Below, in pieces: positions 28,306 to 37,152 of a DNA stretch of 40,569 bases (position 1 is its first letter; every line of letters starts with the position of its first letter). The position numbers were made by a program, and so were the translations under genes. The notes under the pieces are model-generated. The model was given only the letters and a program-made list of their open reading frames with translations, had not been told where the DNA came from and searched no databases. Source of the DNA: Candidatus Bathyarchaeota archaeon (lineage in GTDB: Archaea > Thermoproteota > Bathyarchaeia > TCS64); NCBI GenBank assembly GCA_026014515.1, contig JAOZIG010000314.1, forward strand, positions 1 through 40,569, in the 5' to 3' direction.

Positions 28306-29367
28306 CTAAGCCTGAATGCTCTTGATTCCCTCAGTTACCATGATATACAAGGCACCAAGGTTTGACGCAAGCCCAACGCTTCCAGCGATCATCGAAAGCT
28401 CAGAGGCAGTCTCAACACCAAGCAACCGTAAGACAATCCTAGCTAGCTTATGGGTACGCACCACACCACCAACGGTACCGACACTCATGGGCATCTCAAG
28501 CGTACCATAAAGGTCGCCGTTCTCGGTCTTGGTCCACTTGGTTAATGGTCTATAGGTGCCTGTGATGGCAGCGTAGCTGTGTGCCCCAGCCTCAACCGCC
28601 CTAATATCGTTACTTGTAGCCAGCAATAGCCCGATTATACCATTCATGACGCCTTTGTTGCTCGTTGAAGCCCTGTATGGGTCTGCCCAAGCAAAGGCAT
28701 CAGCCTCAATTATCTTATCCACAACATCAACGCCAACCCTTTCCTTTGGCACCGTAGCCGAGACCCGTACCATGCGTTTAGTCGCTAGATTAGACAGTAT
28801 CCTCATGTTCACCCGTCCACCAGTGATCTTCGCCACGGTAGGTGCTAATAGTTCACACATGGAGTCCACGAGGTTCGCACCCATGCTGTCTCGGACATCA
28901 GCGTAGATCTGGACAATCAACATAGGTCCAACCGCTGAATCCAGCTCTTTCACCGTGAGATCAACTGCTTTGCGGCTTCTACTGATGGTATTCGCGTCAA
29001 CCAGTAACGCCTCCTTCTCAGCGAGCACGGCTGCCTTGGCTTTCTCCATGTCTGGTACATCAAGCAACTGTATCTGCCCAATCATTATGTTGCCAGTGGT
29101 AGACGCCTCAAAGTTATCAACAAGTCCTGCGCCTGTTGATGCCTGTGTGATTACGCTCCGTTCCTCTGTCGCTATGGGTATCAGTATCTCTTTACCGTTG
29201 ATCTTAAAATTCTCAGCCAACCCAATGGGTATCTTGGTGATACCGATGACGTTCTCACGCATCTGGTCAGCCATCTCCATATCCAGCCCACCTGTAACAG
29301 TAAGCATCTCATGCTCAATCTCATCTAACTGCTTCAGGAACACCCGTCTTTTCTCCACAGTGGACAT
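28306..29367 (-). CDS. mvaA: Class II HMG-CoA reductase homolog, C-terminally short
   Basis: ENVIG, ATEERSV, DSMGAN, RILSNL, NKGVMNG, NDIRAVEAGAH; ends at TEGIKSIQA. Confidence 0.85.
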   Translation of the reverse strand: MSTVEKRRVFLKQLDEIEHEMLTVTGGLDMEMADQMRENVIGITKIPIGLAENFKINGKEILIPIATEERSVITQASTGAGLVDNFEASTTGNIMIGQIQLLDVPDMEKAKAAVLAEKEALLVDANTISRSRKAVDLTVKELDSAVGPMLIVQIYADVRDSMGANLVDSMCELLAPTVAKITGGRVNMRILSNLATKRMVRVSATVPKERVGVDVVDKIIEADAFAWADPYRASTSNKGVMNGIIGLLLATSNDIRAVEAGAHSYAAITGTYRPLTKWTKTENGDLYGTLEMPMSVGTVGGVVRTHKLARIVLRLLGVETASELSMIAGSVGLASNLGALYIMVTEGIKSIQA

Positions 29368-29445
29368 GCCATGAATGATACAGAGGTCAGGAATAAAGGT
29401 TCAGCATCGGGTTCCCTTTTTATTAAGCCCCTGTAGAGAGGGAGT

Positions 29446-30609
29446 ATGAATCTAAAGAGCCTCGGATTACTAATCATTGCAGCGGCACTACTCATACCAA
29501 CAGCCTCAGCAAACATCGTAGCAGAAAATTATGAAATACAAGACATAACAGTAACAGCGGAAGGACAAGTTGTCCCTAACTATGGTTACTGGGTCTTCGG
29601 TGAGGTATTGAACGATGGGGGTATTAATATTCAGGATGTTGTGGTAGAGGTTACCACGTATGATCAGAGCGATGGATTGCTTGACACGTTAACAGTAACC
29701 ATGGCACCCACAATAATTGATGCGGGAACAAAAGCACCCTTCTTCGTCAAGAGCACAGTGCCCAACCAAGTCTACGATGTACGAGTACGGATACAAAGCT
29801 ACAAAGAGACAGAGTTCAGCAGCTTCCCATATATCGAGATAAGCAACGTCAGCCCAGTCTCTGAAGGCAAGATAACAGGAACCGTGACAAACACCCATCC
29901 AAACATCAGTATAGACAATGTGGAGATAATCGCCACCTTCTATGATTATCAAGGATTCATCGATAATATCCAAACCTATGGAGTTAACGAGAATGGAGTA
30001 TTAGAGGCTGGAGCAAGCGAAGATTTCACTATCCAATCCGAGTTATGGACACCATACACAGCGAGCCTAATCCCAAACTGCGACCTGTACCTCAGAACCC
30101 CCATGCTTATGTTAAACATCACAAACAAGAACCCGGTAATAGATGAAAACCTGAGAATCGATTTTGATGTATACCCGAAGCTCCCCGATTCAATAATAAC
30201 AGTTACATTTTATCCACCTAGTGGCGGAGCCTTCCCACATAACGCCCACCTATACCTTGACGGAACCTACTATGTGAATATGAAACCAACAGAAACAGGT
30301 GAATACCGGGTGAGTATGGAGTTCCTGCCAACACTCGTCAACGAGAGCAGAGGATACGTAGAAGGAGCTTACATCGAGGACACATTCATCGCAAAGGCTG
30401 CCCCAGTTATTACACCACCCACAACAACAGGCTCAAACACGACGACAACTGATACAGGAAGCAGCACAGATACTACCACGGATACTTCTACAGATACTAG
30501 TTCAGATAGTATCACTGAACAGATAACAAAACAAATCCCGGGATACCCCGTGGTCTCAATTATCCTAGGTTTGGGTGTATTGTCTATGTTCTATAGACGT
30601 CGTTTATAG
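29446..30609 (+). CDS. Secreted/cell-surface protein with FxLYD-like domains and PGF-CTERM-like anchor
   Basis: Signal peptide, two G.V.N...TYD/FYD units, Thr/Ser/Asp-rich linker, IPGYP-TM-RRR C-terminus. Confidence 0.78.
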   Translation: MNLKSLGLLIIAAALLIPTASANIVAENYEIQDITVTAEGQVVPNYGYWVFGEVLNDGGINIQDVVVEVTTYDQSDGLLDTLTVTMAPTIIDAGTKAPFFVKSTVPNQVYDVRVRIQSYKETEFSSFPYIEISNVSPVSEGKITGTVTNTHPNISIDNVEIIATFYDYQGFIDNIQTYGVNENGVLEAGASEDFTIQSELWTPYTASLIPNCDLYLRTPMLMLNITNKNPVIDENLRIDFDVYPKLPDSIITVTFYPPSGGAFPHNAHLYLDGTYYVNMKPTETGEYRVSMEFLPTLVNESRGYVEGAYIEDTFIAKAAPVITPPTTTGSNTTTTDTGSSTDTTTDTSTDTSSDSITEQITKQIPGYPVVSIILGLGVLSMFYRRRL

Positions 30610-30652
30610 GACGAAATATAATCCACCCATCCGGAGATTCAAGGGATCAACC

Positions 30653-31558
30653 TTGAACAGCAAACTAGGCTTACCGGTAATCGACGCCCACGCCCATTAC
30701 TTCAACGTCAACACCATGCAGAACTGGGCACAGCGAGGCAGAACCATGGAAACCTTCGCAAACCGCACCAAGACACGCACAGACATGACAAGCATCGAGC
30801 TACCAGACGAGAACTGGGACACTGCCCAGCGATGGGTAGACGAGCTAGACAAGTATGGTATTCAACGTATGGGGGTCATGGTTGGACCAGAAGCCTATGA
30901 TGAGTTCAAGGAAACCATGAAGCGGTTCCCAGACAGGTTCATGGGATACGCTAACATATATCCAGCGGAACCAGACGCAGCAGACAAAGTTGAACAGGCC
31001 GCCAGAGACGGATTCAAAGGCATCAAACTCTACCCCAGTAGCTGGAAAGACCTCCGTGTCTATGATGAACCCTGTTATCCTGTCTACGATGCCTGTAAAC
31101 GCAACAATATGCTGGTGTTCCTCCACTTCGGCATAACCATCGGTGGACAAGCAGACCTTAGAAACGGAAACCCCATTGATATACAGGTACCAAGCAGAGA
31201 CTACCCTGAGCTAAACTTCATAATAGCCCATTTTGGAGCAGGATGGTTCCGAGAAGTCTTACTCATGCAGTATCAAGCCGACAACGTGTACATGGATAGC
31301 AGCGGTAGCAACAGCTGGATGAAGTACCTACCCTACGACTTGGACCTAAAGACCATATTCAGAAAAGCAATCCAAGCAGGTGGAAGCAAAAAGATACTCT
31401 TCGGCACGGATAGCACGTTTTTCCCACGTGGCTGGAGGTTTAACGTATTGGAGGCTCAGGTGACTGCCTGTAGGGAACTCTTGGCTGATGGTGTCATCAA
31501 AGAGGATGACATCTCAAACATATTCCACGAGAACATCAAACAGCTAGCACACCTCTAG
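30653..31558 (+). CDS. Amidohydrolase family protein (Amidohydro_2)
   Basis: IDAHAH, GIKLYP, FLHFG, IAHFG, LFGTDS; start uncertain (TTG 30653). Confidence 0.9.
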   Translation: MNSKLGLPVIDAHAHYFNVNTMQNWAQRGRTMETFANRTKTRTDMTSIELPDENWDTAQRWVDELDKYGIQRMGVMVGPEAYDEFKETMKRFPDRFMGYANIYPAEPDAADKVEQAARDGFKGIKLYPSSWKDLRVYDEPCYPVYDACKRNNMLVFLHFGITIGGQADLRNGNPIDIQVPSRDYPELNFIIAHFGAGWFREVLLMQYQADNVYMDSSGSNSWMKYLPYDLDLKTIFRKAIQAGGSKKILFGTDSTFFPRGWRFNVLEAQVTACRELLADGVIKEDDISNIFHENIKQLAHL

Positions 31559-31594
31559 ATAGTTTCAAAACCACCTACACAGTATCCATATGTT

Positions 31595-32746
31595 ATGGAT
31601 GACGAGCAACGTAGAACAATACTCAGAGTACTCTACGCCACCATATTCTTCACATCAACAGGTCTCGGCACATGCACATTCCTGTTACCAGTCTACGCCG
31701 AAACCATAGGAGCCACCTACACCCAGCTTGGACTCATAGGCGCCGTAGGTAACCTCGTCTACACAATAATCACCCTAGTTGCAGGCGGATCACTGGATCG
31801 ATTCGAGAAGATCAAACTCTACATGGGATTCACAGCCCTAGGAGCCATAGTCATGATACTATTCTCATACGCCGACACCATACCCCAGATAATCATAGTA
31901 CGCGGCCTCCTAGGAGCCGCAGCAGCAAGCTTCTGGGTAGGAGCAAGCACCCTCACAGGCGAGATAAGCCCCAGAAAGGAGCTAACACGTTCCCTAGGAC
32001 GATACAATATGGCGTGGATACTAGGGTTTACAGTTGGTCCATACCTAGGTGGATTGATCTCCAACAGATACGGATACGATGTGTTCTTCATAGCCTCAGC
32101 TGGTGTGATCGCGGTAAGCCTTGGTTTAATTCTCTCAAGCATCAGAGGAACCATCGAACTTAAGCAAGAAACAAGACAGGAAACTAGGAATCTTGGGGAT
32201 TTACGCCCATTGTTGATGAGCTACCTTACCCTAGTGCCTTTCACCATGGTTCTCGGCATCTACATGGCGATTATCCCGGGTCACATGAAGACCGTGGGAT
32301 TATCAGCATCACTCATAGGGTTGCTCATAACGATAACAAACGGTGTACGTGGATGCGTCTTCTTCAACGTGGAAAAACTCGTAAAATGGGGAACATGGCG
32401 AAGCCTCCTCGTAGCATCAACGCTCTTAGCGGCAGCAATGTACTTCGTCAGAAACGCGGAAACAGGCCTAGAGTTCGCCATACCATTGATCCTATACGGT
32501 CTCGGCTCAGGGATAATGACCCCAGTAACACTGGACTTCATCAGCAAACGAACACCAGACAAACTCAGAGGAACAGCCATGGGTGTCCATGAAGGAATAT
32601 ACGGCGTTGGAATGTGTCTAGGACCCCTTGTGGGGGGGGCAATCGCTGATTATTATGGGGCGGCGACATTGTACTCGTTGCTTGTCTTGGTCTCGTTGCT
32701 GATACTGCCTTTTGGGTACGTTATGACGAGGGAGCCTAACCCTTAA
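31595..32746 (+). CDS. MFS transporter
   Basis: About 12 TM helices, GSLDRFEK motif A-like, GP..GG, RGTAMG. Confidence 0.9.
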   Translation: MDDEQRRTILRVLYATIFFTSTGLGTCTFLLPVYAETIGATYTQLGLIGAVGNLVYTIITLVAGGSLDRFEKIKLYMGFTALGAIVMILFSYADTIPQIIIVRGLLGAAAASFWVGASTLTGEISPRKELTRSLGRYNMAWILGFTVGPYLGGLISNRYGYDVFFIASAGVIAVSLGLILSSIRGTIELKQETRQETRNLGDLRPLLMSYLTLVPFTMVLGIYMAIIPGHMKTVGLSASLIGLLITITNGVRGCVFFNVEKLVKWGTWRSLLVASTLLAAAMYFVRNAETGLEFAIPLILYGLGSGIMTPVTLDFISKRTPDKLRGTAMGVHEGIYGVGMCLGPLVGGAIADYYGAATLYSLLVLVSLLILPFGYVMTREPNP

Positions 32747-32770
32747 ACCGGGTACAGTGTTACCCTTGGT

Positions 32771-33463
32771 GTGTCGAGGCGTAGACGAACAAGAGGCTAC
32801 CCTGTAGCCGTTCTCATCGGGTTAGAGAATGGAGAGGCTATTCTCTGGAACATCTACAGCCGATCAATAAAACCAGACACAACCATCAAGCGAGAAAACA
32901 ATCAGTACAACTATTATGAGGCAATAATAGACAGGTTACGACCCAATGTCAAGCAGGGTGTTAAAACGGTTCTCGTTGTTTCACCTGATGTGAAAAACTA
33001 TGATGGGTTCTACAAGCATATAGAGAAACATCAACGATGGCTCATAGCAGGATACGAGCTCAACAGAGTGACAATAGAATACGTAGAGGGATCAGTCACA
33101 GACATCGACGCAGTTGTTGAACTCATAAACGAGTCAGGTCTCCAACGCACAATACAAAATGCCTCCCGGGAAGACATCAAACGAGTCATGAGTGTTCTTG
33201 AAAGACGCCTTGGGACACCTGAAGGCATTGATACCCTCAAGTTTACCCTCACCGAGGTAGAGGACGAGGTCTACGGGGATCATGGATCAGCTGAGTATAT
33301 TCTAATGACCACTGATTTCCAGTACAATCATCGACGGAGAACACAGAGACTCCTTCAGATAGCCCAGAATAAGGGAGTAAAATCCATGCTTGTGGAAGCC
33401 GAGACCAGTATGGGATCACGATTAACCCAGTTTGGTGGTCTCATCTGTATGACCCGAGTATAG
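32771..33463 (+). CDS. Pelota/eRF1-like protein (domains 2 and 3 only)
   Basis: YYEAI...VLVVSP....F; EV......GSAEYILMTTD; AQNKGVK..LV......G.RLTQFGGL resembles the eRF1_3 C-terminus. Confidence 0.6.
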   Translation: MSRRRRTRGYPVAVLIGLENGEAILWNIYSRSIKPDTTIKRENNQYNYYEAIIDRLRPNVKQGVKTVLVVSPDVKNYDGFYKHIEKHQRWLIAGYELNRVTIEYVEGSVTDIDAVVELINESGLQRTIQNASREDIKRVMSVLERRLGTPEGIDTLKFTLTEVEDEVYGDHGSAEYILMTTDFQYNHRRRTQRLLQIAQNKGVKSMLVEAETSMGSRLTQFGGLICMTRV

Positions 33464-33837
33464 ATGTCAACCAGTTGATGAGAATAACTCGGGTTAAAAC
33501 CTCTGTAGATGAGAAAAACAAGAGGAAATTGTCTCGTCAAGAAATTTTTACATGTGTATTTTTGTCTGGAATTTGTTGTTGTTGAGTTTGAATTGAAGTA
33601 GAAGCCGCGTTCTCATGGGATTAAACCGGAAAACCGGTTTTTATGTGGGTTATCTTGACAGTGATTTATCATCAACCAGTGAGAAAAACACTTGCGATAG
33701 ATCTGCAACATGAGAGTATTCCTCTATTATAATAATTAATGAAACAAGTTATTTCTATAATAATAGAGTAACAACAAAAAACAGCGGCGGCTGGAAGAAA
33801 AAATTATTCTCAAAAAATGAGAACGCTTTACTGTAGC
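33464..33837. other. AT-rich non-coding region with repeated TGAGAA motifs and several inverted repeats
   Basis: Lies between convergent genes; TGAGAAAAACA at 33510 and 33680; hairpins at 33623-33640, 33722-33768, 33807-33823. Confidence 0.6.
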
Positions 33838-35214
33838 CTAACCTTCACTGATAAACTCGTTGGCCTGCTCCAAGAAATCACTTGGACGATACGTGTTAGC
33901 CATAAAGATACCAAGCTTCTCCATATCAGCCAAGCTCTGACGAGTATAAGGTCTGAATATAGATTTTCTCGCCAAAGGAGAGACACATGCACAGACCCTG
34001 ACCCCTTGGTCGATCATCTTCTGAAGAATCTCATAGTTCTCAGTGTTCTGTGGGGTATTCTCACCGGGCTGGGTCAACACAAAGTCGCTGAATATGAACA
34101 CCATCCTATCGCTGCGGTCATTGATGCTGGTGATCTCATCATACGCCCATTTGAGGCTCTTACCGGGCACGGTTCCACCCCAAGTCATGCTGGTGAAGCC
34201 TTGACAGTATCTTTTCTCCATCTCGGTGGTGGTACAGAACATCATGTTAATGAGGTCCTCAGCGATGGGCATCATGTCAACCTCCTCGTAAAAGTCCTTG
34301 ACCACGTGACTGTTGGACTCGTAGAGAGTCAATGCATATTTCTCGCGTCTCAGACCCCATATGAGAGGCACCATACTCATCACGCTATATGTGATGCTGT
34401 TCAATCCCTCAAGGTCGTAGAACATGGTGTTACTGATATCCAAGATGAAAACGATGTGACGTTTCTGCTTCTGACGCTGCCTCATCAAGAAATCATCCCA
34501 CCTGATATCATCGATGCTTCTACCGAGGTCCAGAATATTATCGAGGCTACGCTCCTCATCAATCAGATCCGTGTCCTCACCGGGCTGGAAAGGCATGAGG
34601 TTCCTGCTCTTATTCCAGTCCTCTTTCCGCTCAAACTCTCGTCCAAGCTTCAAGAGCTTCTCCTTGAGTAACTCCTGCAGTACCTTGCGGGCTTCCTGTT
34701 TCTTGATTCCCTTGAGATACCTGATCCCGGTCTTGATGATCTCGTCCTCACCGGGGCCAACACCGATATCAGGCTTGTTCATATAGTTCTCGAACTTGAA
34801 ATCGCTATCCTGTGCAGCCATACCAAGCTCGTTCTCCAAGCCTTTCCCGTATGGTGAGACTGTTACCTGTTCCTCGCTGGCTTTCTGTAATAGGCTGATG
34901 AAATCGTCTCCATCTAGTCCTGGATCTGGTAACGGCTCGTCGGGGTCTAGGTTTGTGAGTATCTCGGCTGCTATTTTCTCGGCTGTTGGTTGGCTTTCAA
35001 CATGGCTTGTGATTATTGCTGCGTTGATTAAATCGTGAAATGTTAGATGTCCTTGCCGTAGATAGGGCGGTAATAGTAGTTTTCCCATGTTGATGCCCTG
35101 TCTTGGGCTGGGCTTTACCTCACATTCTCGGCTACGGCGCATTCTTTGAATAAATTCGGGTATAAACCAGTGTGCGTATCGGAACGGGTAAGTCATATAC
35201 CGGTTTTCCGACAC
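33838..35214 (-). CDS. VWA domain protein (CoxE-like MoxR partner)
   Basis: IDEERSL, FILDISNTM (MIDAS DxSxT), GGT, FIFSDF; directly downstream of MoxR ATPase. Confidence 0.82.
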   Translation of the reverse strand: MSENRYMTYPFRYAHWFIPEFIQRMRRSRECEVKPSPRQGINMGKLLLPPYLRQGHLTFHDLINAAIITSHVESQPTAEKIAAEILTNLDPDEPLPDPGLDGDDFISLLQKASEEQVTVSPYGKGLENELGMAAQDSDFKFENYMNKPDIGVGPGEDEIIKTGIRYLKGIKKQEARKVLQELLKEKLLKLGREFERKEDWNKSRNLMPFQPGEDTDLIDEERSLDNILDLGRSIDDIRWDDFLMRQRQKQKRHIVFILDISNTMFYDLEGLNSITYSVMSMVPLIWGLRREKYALTLYESNSHVVKDFYEEVDMMPIAEDLINMMFCTTTEMEKRYCQGFTSMTWGGTVPGKSLKWAYDEITSINDRSDRMVFIFSDFVLTQPGENTPQNTENYEILQKMIDQGVRVCACVSPLARKSIFRPYTRQSLADMEKLGIFMANTYRPSDFLEQANEFISEG

Positions 35215-36114
35215 CTACGCCAGCCTCTGCTCAACAATCTCCTCAACGATCATGTTAACGGTTTTACCCTCGTCCTTAACACGCATCTCCTTACTCAGCA
35301 CAGCTGGAGCAAAGAACCTGATAGCAGCATCCTCACCATCAAAACGCTCGATATACTTGTTCACAAGCTTAGTGAGGAAGATACCTGAACGTGGTGATGC
35401 TGGAATTTCCAGTGTCGCTAGGTGACGGGTCTCGTTAACAATGTCATATATCTTGTCTAAGGCGCTCTCTGGTAGACTGAAGGCTGGAGTGTTTTCCCTG
35501 ATTATATCCATCTCGGTCTCCTTATCTGGATAGCTTAACCTGATCCAGCTGCCCATACGGTCAACAAGAACCTTACTTAGCCTGTAGGTTCCCGCTGTCT
35601 CGATTGGGTTCTGAGTAGCGACAAACGCAAAATCCTCATGGCTCTTAACCATACCAATGGGGAACAAGTGATAGTGCCTCTCCTCCAGTGGAGCAATCAG
35701 GCTGTTCTGGCAGAACTCTGTTGCACGGTTAAGCTCCTGAGCAACAAACAGTCCCCCTTCTACCATGGCTCTGATGAGTGGACCGGGCTCGAAGCTGCTG
35801 ATGTTACGACCATTTCTTACAACCAAGGCGGGGTCAAAGCTACCGATGAGCCTGCTTGGTGTTACGTTCTCGTCAAAGAATACCTCGTGGAAGCTTCTTC
35901 CAGTGTCTTCCGCGACCTTACGTGCTAGTAGGCTTTTACCTACGCCTGGTGGCCCTACGAGGCATGGGGTGATGCCTGTGTCTAGGCTGTCTCTGAGTAG
36001 GTCGTATGCTTTCTGGTATTGTCCTTTGAGTACTACTTGGTGTTCGATCTTGATGTTTTCAACGATGCTCTTTTCCAGCATCTTGCGGAACCCCAGTTCC
36101 CGTTCAGCCATCAT
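35215..36114 (-). CDS. MoxR-family AAA+ ATPase
   Basis: GPPGVGKS, ELNRA...QNSL...LEE, ATQNPIE..GTY.L...LVDR, ASPR. Confidence 0.9.
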   Translation of the reverse strand: MMAERELGFRKMLEKSIVENIKIEHQVVLKGQYQKAYDLLRDSLDTGITPCLVGPPGVGKSLLARKVAEDTGRSFHEVFFDENVTPSRLIGSFDPALVVRNGRNISSFEPGPLIRAMVEGGLFVAQELNRATEFCQNSLIAPLEERHYHLFPIGMVKSHEDFAFVATQNPIETAGTYRLSKVLVDRMGSWIRLSYPDKETEMDIIRENTPAFSLPESALDKIYDIVNETRHLATLEIPASPRSGIFLTKLVNKYIERFDGEDAAIRFFAPAVLSKEMRVKDEGKTVNMIVEEIVEQRLA

Positions 36115-36324
36115 AATTAATTCCAGTGCTTTACCGCATTGTACGATTTAAGCATTAGTTAACGCTACGCCGGTTTATCTCACTTATAAGCGACAAAATT
36201 ATAGTACTTACGATGCTACAGGGGCTTAGAATGCTTTAAATGCGTGTATTGAACGTTTTCAGTGAAATCGTTATTCTTAATAACCGTAAGGGAGTAGTGT
36301 AACGATTCACAAAGAGGGAAAACT

Positions 36325-37149
36325 TTGATCGAAATAAGGTTTCACGGCAGGGGCGGTCAAGGAGCAGTAACTGCTTCCAGGATCATCGCCATTGCCGCTT
36401 ACGAGGAAGGACAGTATTCCCAGGCTATCCCCATGTACGGTACAGAGCGTCGTGGTGCGCCACTTACTGCCTTCGTCAGACTCGATAACCAGCGCGTCAG
36501 GGAAAGGGAGCTAGTCCACAACCCAGACATTAGCGTAGTTCTCGACCCCCTTATCGCAAAACAGCAGGCTGTAGTTGACAACCTCAAAGCAGGCGGACTG
36601 GTTCTACTGAACACAACAGATGAACCAGAGGACGTCCAGCTAGGCGGAGACTTCAAAGTCGCCACCGTTGACGCTACAACAATCGCACTAGAGACACTAG
36701 GCAGACCAATCACGAACACAGCCATCCTAGGCGCATTCGCGAAGGTCACTGGTCTAATCAAAGTCGAGTCCATTGAGAAGGCACTAAAGAAGAACTTCCC
36801 AGGCAGACTCGGCGAGATGAACATCGCGGCTGTAAAGAGAAGCTACGAGGAGGTCAAGGGACCTGTTCAGGCCACAGTCAAGGAAGCACCTGCAGTAAAA
36901 GCAGACATCCATGTTGGTGGTTATGGTGTTCTTAAGGACGTCTCCAGCTGGCGTGTATTCACACCCGAGATTGACGTAGACAAGTGCATCGGATGCAAGA
37001 GTTGTTGGATCTTCTGTCCCGAGACCGCTATAGAGTGGGATGAGGAGACAAAGAAGCCATCCATCAGATACAATGCCTGTAAGGGCTGCGGTGTCTGTGC
37101 CAACGAGTGCCCAGTCAACGCAATCGAGATGGTGAGAGTGGAGGCATAA
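36325..37149 (+). CDS. 2-oxoacid:ferredoxin oxidoreductase, fused gamma-delta subunit
   Basis: [27 protein letters not shown], then WR...P and two CxxCxxCxxxCP 4Fe-4S motifs; RBS GAGG. Confidence 0.93.
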
Positions 37150-37152
37150 GAA

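Noticed and set aside
30415-30520. Low-complexity ACA/GATAC repeats
   Set aside because: They encode the Thr/Ser/Asp linker of the surface protein and are not an independent DNA repeat.
33817-34671. 284-aa antisense ORF inside the VWA gene
   Set aside because: Same shadow-ORF pattern with no recognisable domain.
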